A DNA stretch of 64,000 bases from a bacterium (GCA_030530485.1 JAUMUX010000003.1:13685-77684), one strand, 5' to 3'; numbered from the stretch's first letter, positions 1 through 9,759 are shown. The notes: a model not told the origin generated them from the sequence alone. Numbers and translations: made by a program.

Positions 1-12
1 GTTTTCGAAAAT

Positions 13-1296
13 TTATTTCGAATTGAGTTTAACCAATAAATCAACTGCTTTTTCAGTCAAAAGCTGATTTGCCAAATCGCGACGAACTTCATCGCTTTCG
101 AGCTGAGCCAAAGCTTCTTTACTGTTGCCGTATTGCGCCTTGAGCTGTTCGATTCGCGCGTCAACTTCTTCAAGAGTTGCCTCAACTTTTTCGACTTTCG
201 AAAGTTCCGCCAAAGCCAAGCCAGCCTTCACGCGAGCTTCCGCCGCTTCTTTTACGTCGCTTTCAAGCCATTCTTCGCGCGTTTTGCCCATTCGCTCCAG
301 ATAAGCGTTAAGTGTCAAGCCCGAATACATCAAATTTTGTTGCATATCCAATTCGATATTGCGCTTTTGGTCTTCAATCAAAATTTCTGGCACTGGCACT
401 TTTGATTTTTCCGCCAATTCGCGCACCAGTTCATCTTTAAATTTATCGTCGGCTTCGTGTTCTTTTTGATGTTTCAAATCTTCTTTGATTTGCTTTTCAA
501 AATCTTCAACAGTTTTAAATTCGCCCAATTTCGCCACAAATTCTTCGTTCAATTCTGGCAAAATATTTTCACGAACTTCGTGGATTTTTACCTCAAAAAC
601 CACTTTCGCGCCCGCTAAATCTTTAGCGTGATAATCCTTTGGAAATTCCAAATCAAGCGCAAGCTCTTCACCCGCTTTTTTGCCAATCAAACCTTCTTCA
701 AAGCCCGGAATGAAAGATTTCGAACCAAGCTCCAGTGGGAAGTTTTCGGCTTTTCCACCGTCAAAAGCCACGCCGTCCTTTTTGCCCAAAAAGTCGATAA
801 GCACTTCGTCGCCATTTTTCGCAGCGCGCTTAACTTCTTTTTTCTCGGCAAAATTGGTTCGAATTCGCTCAATCGTTTCTTCGATTTCCTTTTTAGAAAC
901 CTTCACCGCAGCTTTTTTCGCGCTGAGATTTTTATAATCGCCAAGTTCAACTTTTGGCAAAACTTCAGTTTCGGCAGTAAATTCAAGTTCCGTATTTGCC
1001 GCAAATTTGGTAATTTCCACCTCTGGGCGGTTCAAAGCCTGAATACCTTTTTCCAAAAACGCTTCGGCAGTCGCTTTCGAAACCGCATTTTCGAGCGTTT
1101 CGTTCGCCAAAAGCGCAGGGTCAACTTGCGCCGCTACCATTTCGAGCGGAGCTTTACCCTTTCGAAAACCACCAATTTTTACATCTTTTGCAAGTTTAGT
1201 CAGCGCCACTTGCTCGGCTGCTTCAAGTTCAGTCTTGCCAAGTGTAATCGTCAAGCGAACTTTAACCTCTGAAATATTTTCTACTTTTATCTTCAT
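13..1296 (-). CDS. tig: trigger factor (ribosome-associated chaperone, PPIase)
   Basis: 427 aa ORF; N-terminal ribosome-binding region, central FKBP-like GFRKGKAP motif, typical length and domain order. Confidence 0.9.
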   Translation of the reverse strand: MKIKVENISEVKVRLTITLGKTELEAAEQVALTKLAKDVKIGGFRKGKAPLEMVAAQVDPALLANETLENAVSKATAEAFLEKGIQALNRPEVEITKFAANTELEFTAETEVLPKVELGDYKNLSAKKAAVKVSKKEIEETIERIRTNFAEKKEVKRAAKNGDEVLIDFLGKKDGVAFDGGKAENFPLELGSKSFIPGFEEGLIGKKAGEELALDLEFPKDYHAKDLAGAKVVFEVKIHEVRENILPELNEEFVAKLGEFKTVEDFEKQIKEDLKHQKEHEADDKFKDELVRELAEKSKVPVPEILIEDQKRNIELDMQQNLMYSGLTLNAYLERMGKTREEWLESDVKEAAEARVKAGLALAELSKVEKVEATLEEVDARIEQLKAQYGNSKEALAQLESDEVRRDLANQLLTEKAVDLLVKLNSK

Positions 1297-1570
1297 ATTC
1301 TTTAATTATATCATAGCCCGATTTTTTAAGCAAAAAAGAACGCCTGAGCGCCCAAGAAAATTAATCGTCGGTATTAGCTATAGAGCAAAGAAAGAAACAT
1401 ACCGAAGACAAGCAAAATAAAACAGCCAGAAGAGCTTCCCCTTGAACTACATAAAGCATGCAAATACAAAGATTTATAGCACCTGCAATAGCATAGCTAA
1501 TAACTTCCGGTTTCTCCATAAAGAACTCACCCCGTTTCTGATTTTATGTCATAATTGTATCATAAAAATA

Positions 1571-2134
1571 CTATTTTGTCAATCGGTTGCGTCGCACAAA
1601 TTCATACATCAAAATGCCGCTCGCCACGCCCACATTCACGCTGCGAGTTGAACCAAACTGCTCAATCGCTACCATTTTTTCGCAATTTTCCAGCATTTCT
1701 GCCGAAAGCCCATCGCTTTCGTTACCAAAAATCAGCACCGAATTTTCTTCCAAAATTGCCTCGCTCAAATTTTCGGCGCCTTTTTGGTTGTCTATAGCAA
1801 TCAGTTTGAGCTGATTTTCACGTGCCCAAGCCACGAAATCCGCCACCGTTTGATGATGAAAAACGTGCATATACGCCTCAGTTTTCATCGCGCCGCGCCG
1901 ATTCCAGTGCCGCCGACCAATAATATGAATTCCTGCCGCGTTGAAAGCGTTGGCATTGCGCGCGATTGCGCCGATATTAAAATCGTGCTGAAAATTCTCA
2001 ATCGCCACATGAAAATGTGAACGATTTTGGTCGAGCTGCGCCTTGATTTCTTCCACTTCTAAACCTTTAAAATCGTCGATGAGATTTCGCGTATCGTTTT
2101 CGGCGGTGAGAATTTCTGGCGTGTTATCTGCCAT
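1571..2134 (-). CDS. SpoU/TrmH-family RNA 2'-O-methyltransferase
   Basis: 187 aa; SPOUT-class motifs (IFGNESDGL, C-terminal VNVGVASGILMYE knot region). Confidence 0.7.
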   Translation of the reverse strand: MADNTPEILTAENDTRNLIDDFKGLEVEEIKAQLDQNRSHFHVAIENFQHDFNIGAIARNANAFNAAGIHIIGRRHWNRRGAMKTEAYMHVFHHQTVADFVAWARENQLKLIAIDNQKGAENLSEAILEENSVLIFGNESDGLSAEMLENCEKMVAIEQFGSTRSVNVGVASGILMYEFVRRNRLTK

Positions 2135-3722
2135 TGCGCACCAATTTGGCGATGTTTTTTGGCTCGTTATTCGCCTTGACGCCAGGATTTAAAATCTTGT
2201 GCGGGTCAAAAATTTGGCGGATTTGCGCGTTCAATTCTTCAACTTCAGCGCCCAAAGTATGCGCCACGAAACTACCGTAAATTCGCCCTTCGCCCGCGCC
2301 ATAGCCCAACTCGCCATCAACAGTTGCAAGCAATTTGTTAAGCTCCGCCAAAAATTCGAAAGCTTTTCGACGGTCGCTAACTTTCGAAAAATCAAATTCT
2401 GCCAGAATTTCGAAAATCGAAGTCAAAGCCGAACCTTGAATCGGCGCAGGGATGTCGAATTTTTGAGCGATTTTTTGCAAGCCAAGATAAAATTGTTCGA
2501 AGCGCTCAAGAGGAACATAAACGCCCTGAATTGGGAAGATTTCTTCGTGAATCACACCAGAACGCGCCCGAATCGTTTCGCGAACGTCTCGAATTGCCTC
2601 AAGCTCGGTGTTTTCAGACTCAGTTCCGTCTGGCTTCCAAAAAGTTGCGCCTTCGAATTTATCGGCGGCTTTTTCGATTTTACGCAAAACGCTGGCGATT
2701 TTGCGCTGATTGCGTTCTGAAATACCAACCACCAAAACCAGCTTCGTTGCTAAATTCTGCTCCACACGCTCGATGTAAAATTGGTATTTTTTGCCGCTCG
2801 CCACCGCCGCTTCAAACATTTTGCCGTCAATCATATCAATAATATCGGGGCGAAATGCGCGAATCATATCGATGAAATCGCGCGCGTCATCACGATTTTC
2901 GAAAGAAATTACCGCAAATTCAGTCTCGTTGGTGATATATTCAGCGCTAAAAGTTGTCCGATTAACCACGCCGAGCGTGCCGAGCGAACCGAAAAATAAT
3001 GGCGTTAAATCGAATGATCCATCGGCATTTTTGACTTTCGAAATTCCCGCGTAACCATAACTCGCGTCGTCTTCGATTTTCGAAATCAGTTCGAAATTAT
3101 CTTCGATTAAAGTGTCGATTTCGCGATAAATATCGCCTTCAAAATTTTGTAAAGCCAGTTTTTCATCTAATTCGCGCTTCGAAATACGGCGAGTTTGAAT
3201 CAAATCGCCATTCGCCAAAACCACTTCAAGCTCGCGCGTCGCCTCTAAAAGTTCGCCATAATTATATTTTTCGCTGGGCAAATTCATCGCGATTGCGCCA
3301 CCCACCGTGAGCATTTCGCCCGCTGGAGCTTGAAGCACGCTCATCGCCTGAGAGCCAATCGCCAAATTCAACTTTGCGAAATTCGTGCCAGCCTGCGCAC
3401 GCACCGTTTTTGCCCGCAAATCGAGCTCTTCAACATTATCAAGATGGCGCGAAAGGTCGAGAATAATCCCCTCACCAATCGAGGAGCCGTCGGTGCTACC
3501 ACCAAAACCGCGTGCCGTCACGCCAAAAGTATGACCCTTTTCGGCGAGCTGCCAAGAAAAACGCATAATTTTGCGCACGTCATCAGTAATTCGTGGATAA
3601 ACCACAATCTTCGGTTCAATTTTAAGAATACTTCGGTCGGTTGAAAATTGCTTAAGCCGCGATTCTCGCGCCGAAACTTCACCCAAAATATGCCCGTTTA
3701 AGTATTTCGCTATATTACTCAT
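2124..3722 (-). CDS. FAD-linked oxidase (GlcD / D-lactate dehydrogenase-like FAD-binding oxidoreductase)
   Basis: 532 aa; PCMH-type FAD-binding region (GVTARGFGGSTDGSS, GEGIILDLSRHL), overlaps upstream gene by 11 nt. Confidence 0.65.
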   Translation of the reverse strand: MSNIAKYLNGHILGEVSARESRLKQFSTDRSILKIEPKIVVYPRITDDVRKIMRFSWQLAEKGHTFGVTARGFGGSTDGSSIGEGIILDLSRHLDNVEELDLRAKTVRAQAGTNFAKLNLAIGSQAMSVLQAPAGEMLTVGGAIAMNLPSEKYNYGELLEATRELEVVLANGDLIQTRRISKRELDEKLALQNFEGDIYREIDTLIEDNFELISKIEDDASYGYAGISKVKNADGSFDLTPLFFGSLGTLGVVNRTTFSAEYITNETEFAVISFENRDDARDFIDMIRAFRPDIIDMIDGKMFEAAVASGKKYQFYIERVEQNLATKLVLVVGISERNQRKIASVLRKIEKAADKFEGATFWKPDGTESENTELEAIRDVRETIRARSGVIHEEIFPIQGVYVPLERFEQFYLGLQKIAQKFDIPAPIQGSALTSIFEILAEFDFSKVSDRRKAFEFLAELNKLLATVDGELGYGAGEGRIYGSFVAHTLGAEVEELNAQIRQIFDPHKILNPGVKANNEPKNIAKLVRNGR

Positions 3723-3791
3723 TTGCCTCTATTTTACCACAAGCGAAATCATTGCGCAAGATTGGATTTTTTAAAATTTTTCTGGTAAAAT

Positions 3792-4655
3792 ATGATTATG
3801 TATTCTAGAGCTACCCCTTTTGAACGGGCGGATAAAATCGCTGGCACACACCAAAAAATCGACCGCGCTGCACGTTTAACTTTGCGCCAAATTCGCCGCG
3901 AAACTCTGCCCAATTCGCAAATTCATTTTCCGAAAATCGATGAAATTCTGCGTTTTGAAGGCTCGGGCGGACCAGATGGAATCAAAACCAAATCGCCTGG
4001 CAAAGATGAACCTTGGCATTTTGTTGACCCAAATGGCGACAATTCACAAAAAATGTTCACTTACGTACAAAATCATCTCGAAAATCTTTCTACCGCGCTG
4101 GCCGAAAAAAACTACGTTCGCGCCAGTTTTGAAGCTGGCTGGATGGCGCACGCTATCACCGACGCGCTCACGCCCGCCCACCAATATCCGATGGAAGACA
4201 AAATCATCGAGATTTCGGGCAAGCACCCCAGCGAACGCATCAAATTGAACCAAAAAATGTTTTTACCGGGCGAAACTTGGCGCAAACGCCTTTCTGCCAA
4301 CTGGAAATATCTCGGCCCCAAGGGCGTGATGAGCTCGCATATGCTTTACGAAATGGGTGTTGCTGTGATGATTACCACGGTTTCTGCCAAAAAACTCAGC
4401 AAAATGGCTTCAAAAAAAGAACTCGCGCGGCTTAAAAATGGCGAATTTATGCAAATTTTCGAAGAAGAGATTCAATTTGTGGCGGCGAAAAAATATTACC
4501 AAACCTTCGTGCGCAAAGGCTGGACTTCGAAATTAGCCAAAGAAACTCGCCAAATTTTGCTGCCAGAAATTTCGAAAGTGGTGGCGTTGAGCTGGTTGGA
4601 AGGCATTCGCTTGGCTGAAGAAAAAATCGCGAAAGGAGAATTTTCGAAAAGTTAA
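3792..4655 (+). CDS. zinc-dependent phospholipase C / S1-P1 nuclease superfamily protein, no signal peptide
   Basis: WHFVDPNGD resembles the PLC HFYDPDNG motif; HAITDALTPAH reproduces the H-x3-D-x5-H zinc-ligand spacing of Bacillus PLC (HYLGDVNQPMH). Confidence 0.5.
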   Translation: MIMYSRATPFERADKIAGTHQKIDRAARLTLRQIRRETLPNSQIHFPKIDEILRFEGSGGPDGIKTKSPGKDEPWHFVDPNGDNSQKMFTYVQNHLENLSTALAEKNYVRASFEAGWMAHAITDALTPAHQYPMEDKIIEISGKHPSERIKLNQKMFLPGETWRKRLSANWKYLGPKGVMSSHMLYEMGVAVMITTVSAKKLSKMASKKELARLKNGEFMQIFEEEIQFVAAKKYYQTFVRKGWTSKLAKETRQILLPEISKVVALSWLEGIRLAEEKIAKGEFSKS

Positions 4656-4674
4656 TTTCTTTTGAAAACAGCTT

Positions 4675-5253
4675 ATGAATATTCGAATTATCTCTGGGAT
4701 TTTCAAAAATCACAAAATCAGCGCGCCGAATAGTCGCCAAACTCACCCGATGAGCGAGCGGATTCGCAATGCGATTTTTAATGCGGTTCAGGCGGAAATT
4801 CCGCAAGCCGAAGTGCTCGACGCTTTCGCGGGCACGGGTGCGCTGGGGCTGGAAGCGCTTTCACGCGGTGCGAAATCGGTGGTTTTTATTGAAAAAAATC
4901 GCCTTAGCCAAAAAATCTTGGCGCAAAATTTAGAAATTCTGGAAAAATCTGAAAACGCGGGCGAAGCGAAATTGATTCGCGCAAGCGTGGCTGGCTGGCT
5001 CAATTCGAGCGCCGCACAATTCGAAATTGGCGAAATCAAAAATCTGCCCACTTTCGACCTTATTTTTGCTGACCCGCCATATTTCGACCCGCAATTTCCA
5101 ACGCTCGAAAAGCTCAGCGAGCGCGTGAAAAGCGGTGGCTTGATGGTGGTTTCGCAGCCCAAAGATTTAGAGGATTTTTCAGCTGAAAATCTCACCCAAA
5201 TTAGCGCCAAAGTTTATTCTAGCGCCAAAATTCTGATTTTTCGAAAAAGCTAA
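4675..5253 (+). CDS. rsmD: 16S rRNA (guanine966-N2)-methyltransferase RsmD
   Basis: 192 aa; AGTGALGLEALSRGA SAM motif and DPPY catalytic motif. Confidence 0.8.
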   Translation: MNIRIISGIFKNHKISAPNSRQTHPMSERIRNAIFNAVQAEIPQAEVLDAFAGTGALGLEALSRGAKSVVFIEKNRLSQKILAQNLEILEKSENAGEAKLIRASVAGWLNSSAAQFEIGEIKNLPTFDLIFADPPYFDPQFPTLEKLSERVKSGGLMVVSQPKDLEDFSAENLTQISAKVYSSAKILIFRKS

Positions 5254-5898
5254 TTATTCGGTTTCTTCGTCGGCAAAAACATTCGAAAGCGAAAGAATCA
5301 CTGGCACGAAAACTAAAAAGAAAACTTCCAGTTCCGACCACCAAAACGAGACAAAAATCACCACGATAATTGAGAATAAATTAAACCCGAGGCGCAACAA
5401 ATGGCGTTTTCGTAGCGCCGCACCACCTTCGAAATAATGAAACAAGCCCGAGCCGCGAGTTTTCGAACTGAGCGAAACCCAGCGAATACAAAATTCAGTG
5501 AAAAAATAAATCGCCGCATAAGAAAGCGCAGGCAAAGTTGCTGTCGGATTTTGAATCATCCACTTCATAAAAAACGGCAGCAGCGAAAGCGAAAATAGAA
5601 ACATCAGGTTTTTCCAAACGAAACTATTCGTCACAGTGCGAACTTTTTCAAGCACCCGATGATGGCGCGTCCACTGCAAACCAACAATCACAAAACTGGC
5701 AAAATAAATCAAAAGCGCACGCGAAAGTTCAAAAATTTGCGCAACTTCCATCGATTTTGGCACTGGGATTTCCAGCACCATCAGCGTAATGATAATCGCA
5801 ATAAAACCGTCCGAGAGCGCCTCCAAGCGGTCGGTTGAAATTTCACCCCCGTGATAATATTTGCTGGCGCGCATCCAACGTCGGCCAAATCCCATCAT
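5254..5898 (-). CDS. TMEM175-family potassium channel (DUF1211)
   Basis: 214 aa polytopic membrane protein with RLEALSDGFIAIIITLMVLE signature. Confidence 0.65.
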   Translation of the reverse strand: MMGFGRRWMRASKYYHGGEISTDRLEALSDGFIAIIITLMVLEIPVPKSMEVAQIFELSRALLIYFASFVIVGLQWTRHHRVLEKVRTVTNSFVWKNLMFLFSLSLLPFFMKWMIQNPTATLPALSYAAIYFFTEFCIRWVSLSSKTRGSGLFHYFEGGAALRKRHLLRLGFNLFSIIVVIFVSFWWSELEVFFLVFVPVILSLSNVFADEETE

Positions 5899-5915
5899 TT
5901 TCCCCCTTAATTTTT

Positions 5916-6500
5916 TTAATCACGAACCATTCCGAGATTTTGTTTGATATATTTTTCTGGCTCAAGCACCACTTTTTTCACAAAATCAGCTATCGCCAAT
6001 CGCGAAATATTGTTTGCGTAAATGATTTCGCCTTTCGGAATGAGCTGATATGAACGGTCGGGTGAATTATCAAACCAACCTGGTCGCAAAATCGTGTAAT
6101 CTAAATTCGAAGCTTCAATTTTGTCCGCAGCCTCACGATACGGAAGTATAATTTCTGCAACTTCCCCGTTCTGACCAGGCAGTTCGCCATATATTCCGTA
6201 AGAAGTGATAAAAATCAGACGTTTGGCTCCAACCTCGTTCATTGCTGAAATAATTTCAGCAGCCATATGCGGCAAATCGCCAGATAGCGCCACAAAAACT
6301 ACATCTGCGCCCAGAATGGCCCTCGTCAGTGCTTGCATATCATTTATGTCGGCAGCTATTTTGGTAATTCGCGGATTTTGGGCAAGTCTATCGGCTGAGC
6401 GCGAAAATAATGTCAATTCCGCATCCGTCTCGTTTAGTAGGATTTCAGTAGCTGCTCTTCCGAGTGAGCCAGTCGCCCCAATAATCGTCACTTTTGTCAT
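5916..6500 (-). CDS. NAD(P)H-binding atypical SDR family oxidoreductase
   Basis: 194 aa; N-terminal IIGATGSLG Rossmann motif, NmrA-like length. Confidence 0.65.
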   Translation of the reverse strand: MTKVTIIGATGSLGRAATEILLNETDAELTLFSRSADRLAQNPRITKIAADINDMQALTRAILGADVVFVALSGDLPHMAAEIISAMNEVGAKRLIFITSYGIYGELPGQNGEVAEIILPYREAADKIEASNLDYTILRPGWFDNSPDRSYQLIPKGEIIYANNISRLAIADFVKKVVLEPEKYIKQNLGMVRD

Positions 6501-6519
6501 TTCTTATCTCCTTTCAAAT

Positions 6520-6528
6520 ATTATATCA
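6520..6528 (-). promoter_or_regulatory. extended -10 TGATATAAT for the SDR gene
   Basis: ggcgTGaTATAAT then AGGAGA RBS and ATG at 6500. Confidence 0.4.
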
Positions 6529-6559
6529 CGCCGTTTGCGCCAGTTCAAAATTATTTTTC

Positions 6560-6602
6560 GAAAAATAAAAAATCGCCCTTCGAATTTCGAAAAGCGATTT
6601 TG
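6560..6602 (-). terminator. intrinsic terminator after rpsG
   Basis: 8-10 bp stem aaaatcgc/gcgatttt with a 17-nt loop containing two TTCGAA copies, followed on the minus strand by a T-run. Confidence 0.5.
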
Positions 6603-6609
6603 TTTAAGA

Positions 6610-7089
6610 TTAGCCTCGTGCGAAGTGAGCAAATGCGCGGTTGGCTTCTGCCATTCGGTGAGTGTCTTCTTTTTTCTTGAAAGCTGCGCCAGTTTCGTTG
6701 TAAGCGTCAACAATTTCAAGTGCCAAACGCTGACTGTAAGGCATTCCGCTGCGAGCGCGAGCGCTTTGCACAAGCCACGAATATGCGAAGTGCATCTGGC
6801 GGTGTCCCTGAACTGGGAACGGAATTTGGTAGTTTGCACCACCAACGCGTCGAGATTTAACTTCGAAAGCTGGCGAAATATTTGCCAAAGCTTTTTCGAA
6901 AACTTCTAACGGATTTTCGCTGTCAAGTCGTCGAGCGGCTTCTTCGAGCGCTTTATAAACAGCTTTTTCGGCAGCTAATTTTTTGCCGTCAAGCATAGAT
7001 TTGTTGATGAGTCGTTGAACTAAAATTGACTGATATTTGCGGTCTGGTTTTAGTTCGCGTTGTAGTTTCTTGGTAACTTTTCGGGGCAT
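6610..7089 (-). CDS. rpsG: 30S ribosomal protein S7
   Basis: 159 aa, strongly conserved S7 sequence, immediately downstream of rpsL. Confidence 0.95.
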   Translation of the reverse strand: MPRKVTKKLQRELKPDRKYQSILVQRLINKSMLDGKKLAAEKAVYKALEEAARRLDSENPLEVFEKALANISPAFEVKSRRVGGANYQIPFPVQGHRQMHFAYSWLVQSARARSGMPYSQRLALEIVDAYNETGAAFKKKEDTHRMAEANRAFAHFARG

Positions 7090-7091
7090 TT

Positions 7092-7505
7092 TTATTTCTC
7101 CTTCTTCGCACCGTATTTCGAACGGCCTTGTTTACGGTCTGAAACGCCTTGAAGGTCGAGTGCACCACGCACGATATGGTATCGCACGCCTGGAAGGTCG
7201 GGCACACGTCCACCACGCACCAAAACTACGGCGTGTTCTTGCAAGTTGTGACCTTCACCACCAATGTAAGCCCAAACTTCGTGACCATTTGTCAAGCGAA
7301 CACGAGCAACTTTTCGAAGCGCCGAGTTAGGCTTTTTAGGTGTTTTTGTAGTAACTTTCACACAAACTCCGCGTTTGAGTGGCGCATTTTGTGCGTAATA
7401 TTTAGTTTTGAGCGCATTGTGAATGCGACCAAGCGCTGGCGATTTTGATTTTTTCGCAGCAACTTTTCGCGGTTTGCGCACCAATTGGTTGATTGTTGAC
7501 ATCAA
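7092..7505 (-). CDS. rpsL: 30S ribosomal protein S12
   Basis: 137 aa, conserved S12 sequence ([16 protein letters not shown]). Confidence 0.95.
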   Translation of the reverse strand: MMSTINQLVRKPRKVAAKKSKSPALGRIHNALKTKYYAQNAPLKRGVCVKVTTKTPKKPNSALRKVARVRLTNGHEVWAYIGGEGHNLQEHAVVLVRGGRVPDLPGVRYHIVRGALDLQGVSDRKQGRSKYGAKKEK

Positions 7506-7703
7506 TTCTCCCTAAATTTATTTAATATTCCGAATTCGAAAAGTGATAAGTTTTTCGAAATTCGCCTCATATTTTTCGAAACAGCATTTTCGAAAAATGT
7601 CTTTACCTTTCTGCTTTCGAAATATCCACACACGATTTTTCGAACCAGAAAGAGGAAACTCGCCTACTATATTACCAAATTTTTTTGCAAAAATCAAGAG
7701 ATT

Positions 7704-8411
7704 TTAGCGTCTTCCGCCCTGAAATCCGCCCATCATCGAATTTGTCACCGTCGTTACTTTTGAGCCATTCACGGTAATTGTGCCGCCAGTGTAGCTCGCC
7801 GTGCCGTCAAAATCGAAGGCGAACTGCGCCGTAATATCGATTGTGCCGCCCGAAATATACAAATTGCCGTTCGAATCGAGCGCGTCGGTGTCTCCATTCG
7901 CCATTTTAATCGTCAGATTTCCGCCCGTAATTCGAATGAAAATTTCGTTTATCAGCGTGCTTTTTTGCGAAGCATTCACGCCGTCGTCGGTGGAATAAAT
8001 CGAAATCGTGCCGCCGTTAATCGTGATGTTGGTGGCTTCCAAGCCTTCGAGACTGTTTTCGATGTTGATTTCGCCGCCATTTATCACCAAATTAGTAATC
8101 GCTTGAATACCATCGCTGCCCGCGTTGATTTTCATCGTGCCGCTCAAAATATAGGTTCCCGCCTCAGTAAAAGTGTTGTTTCCTTGGCTCAAATCCACCT
8201 CTTTGGTTGGCAAATTACTCCAGTCGAAATCCGCTTCTTTCGCCGAAACATTTTTCGAAACTGAATTTTCGCTCGTCGAAAGATTCGAATTATTCGCGTT
8301 CGAATTTCCGCCATAATTTTCGAAATAATACCACGCACCCGCGCCCAGCATTCCCGCAATCGCCAGCGCGCCCGCCACAATCCACCAATTTCGCTTCAGC
8401 CAATTTTTCAT
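7704..8411 (-). CDS. membrane-anchored beta-helix repeat protein, Cthe_2159-like carbohydrate-binding family
   Basis: N-terminal TM helix, N/S-rich linker, repeated INGG(T/E)I / ISGGTI beta-helix turns; last gene of a three-gene operon (1-nt overlap with DUF4956 gene). Confidence 0.45.
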   Translation of the reverse strand: MKNWLKRNWWIVAGALAIAGMLGAGAWYYFENYGGNSNANNSNLSTSENSVSKNVSAKEADFDWSNLPTKEVDLSQGNNTFTEAGTYILSGTMKINAGSDGIQAITNLVINGGEINIENSLEGLEATNITINGGTISIYSTDDGVNASQKSTLINEIFIRITGGNLTIKMANGDTDALDSNGNLYISGGTIDITAQFAFDFDGTASYTGGTITVNGSKVTTVTNSMMGGFQGGRR

Positions 8412-9073
8412 TATAATCCTCCTTCAAATTCATTTTTGCTTAAAATCAACGCCAAATTCCGATTTCGAATCCGCAGCTCATCAATAAATTCTTTTTGATT
8501 CAAACCGCGCGGCAAATCCACCTGATAAGTGAGCTCAAACAAACTGCCCATATTTTTGAGTCGCGTCGAAAGAAGCGTCGATTTCACCTTGAAATTTTCG
8601 AAAATCGGGTTGAGCAACTGCTCGGCGTCGGCGTCTTCGGGCAAAGTAATTCGCAAAATTTGGCGCGAATCTGGCGAATCGAAAAGTGGAATTTTGGTCA
8701 AAATTGCCAGCATTAGCGAAATCAAAAGCGTCGCCATTATCGCAAAAATCACGTAGCCCGTGCCCGTTGCCAAGCCCATCGCCATCGCAAAAAACACACT
8801 CACAATTTCGCGCGAGGTTCCCGGCAAACTGCGAAATCGCACCAGCCCAAACGCGCCCATAATCGCCACGCCCGTGCCGAGGTTTCCGTTCACCATCATC
8901 ATCACGGCTTGCACCAAAATCGGCAAACTCACCAGCGTAATCGCAAAATTTTTAGTAAAATTGGTCGTGCGAGTGTGCGTAAAAGCGATTATCAAACCGC
9001 ACAAAATTGAAACCGCCGAACAAATCGCCAGATTTTCGAGCGTCAAGCCCGCTGAAATTATTGAATTAAACAT
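8411..9073 (-). CDS. DUF4956-family integral membrane protein
   Basis: 220 aa; N-terminal TM helices followed by a soluble domain, typical DUF4956 layout; overlaps VTC gene by 8 nt. Confidence 0.55.
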   Translation of the reverse strand: MFNSIISAGLTLENLAICSAVSILCGLIIAFTHTRTTNFTKNFAITLVSLPILVQAVMMMVNGNLGTGVAIMGAFGLVRFRSLPGTSREIVSVFFAMAMGLATGTGYVIFAIMATLLISLMLAILTKIPLFDSPDSRQILRITLPEDADAEQLLNPIFENFKVKSTLLSTRLKNMGSLFELTYQVDLPRGLNQKEFIDELRIRNRNLALILSKNEFEGGL

Positions 9074-9759
9074 TTTCCTCCTTAATTTTCATCTTTTGTT
9101 GATAAATTTTGCCGTATTTCGAAAACGAAGTCGGATAAATCTGCTCTTTCGAAAGATAATCCACAAACCACTGCGGAAAACCGTGCATCGTTTTGGTTTC
9201 CATAATAAAAGTGGGGTTTTCGAAAAATTTCACCGCGTTCGAATCGTTTTCGAAATTCAAATTCTGCTTTCGAAAACGCAAATTCGCGTCGAGCGTGATG
9301 CGCAATTCGTTTTTCGTCCGTAATTTATACGAAAGGCGGTCGTAAGCGATAAAAACCTTTGGTTTGAGATTTTTTTCGCGAAAAATATGCTGAATTTCGC
9401 GCCCAACTTGCGAATTTTCCAGCTCGCCCGTGCGCAAAAATCGGGCAAAATCGGCACTTTTCAGCGAAATCCGACGCTTAAAAACCGTGCCGTCGATTTT
9501 CGATTTAATCTCCAGAAAAAACCTCGTGCGCATATTTTTTGCCGTAGCTCCGCGCGCGCACTTTGCATTTATAATCTTCGCTTTGCACCGACTGCGAAAT
9601 CAGCTCGTTTTGCGCGTTATCGAAATAAACATTGTAAATCTCGGTTTCGAAAAAGCCGTCGTGCGCCATTTCTTGCTCTAATTTTTGGCGAATTTTAGCA
9701 AATTGACGCTGATTTAACAAATATTTCTTCTCTTTGCGCTTAAAAAAATTTTTAGACAT
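9066..9759 (-). pseudogene. VTC-domain (polyphosphate polymerase domain) protein, reading frame broken by +1 in an A6/T6 run
   Basis: N-terminal part (9505-9759) has the REKKYLL and RARSYGKKYAHEVF VTC motifs; C-terminal part (9066-9533) continues with FLEIKSK in another frame; the join is the homopolymer at 9511-9522. Confidence 0.6.
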
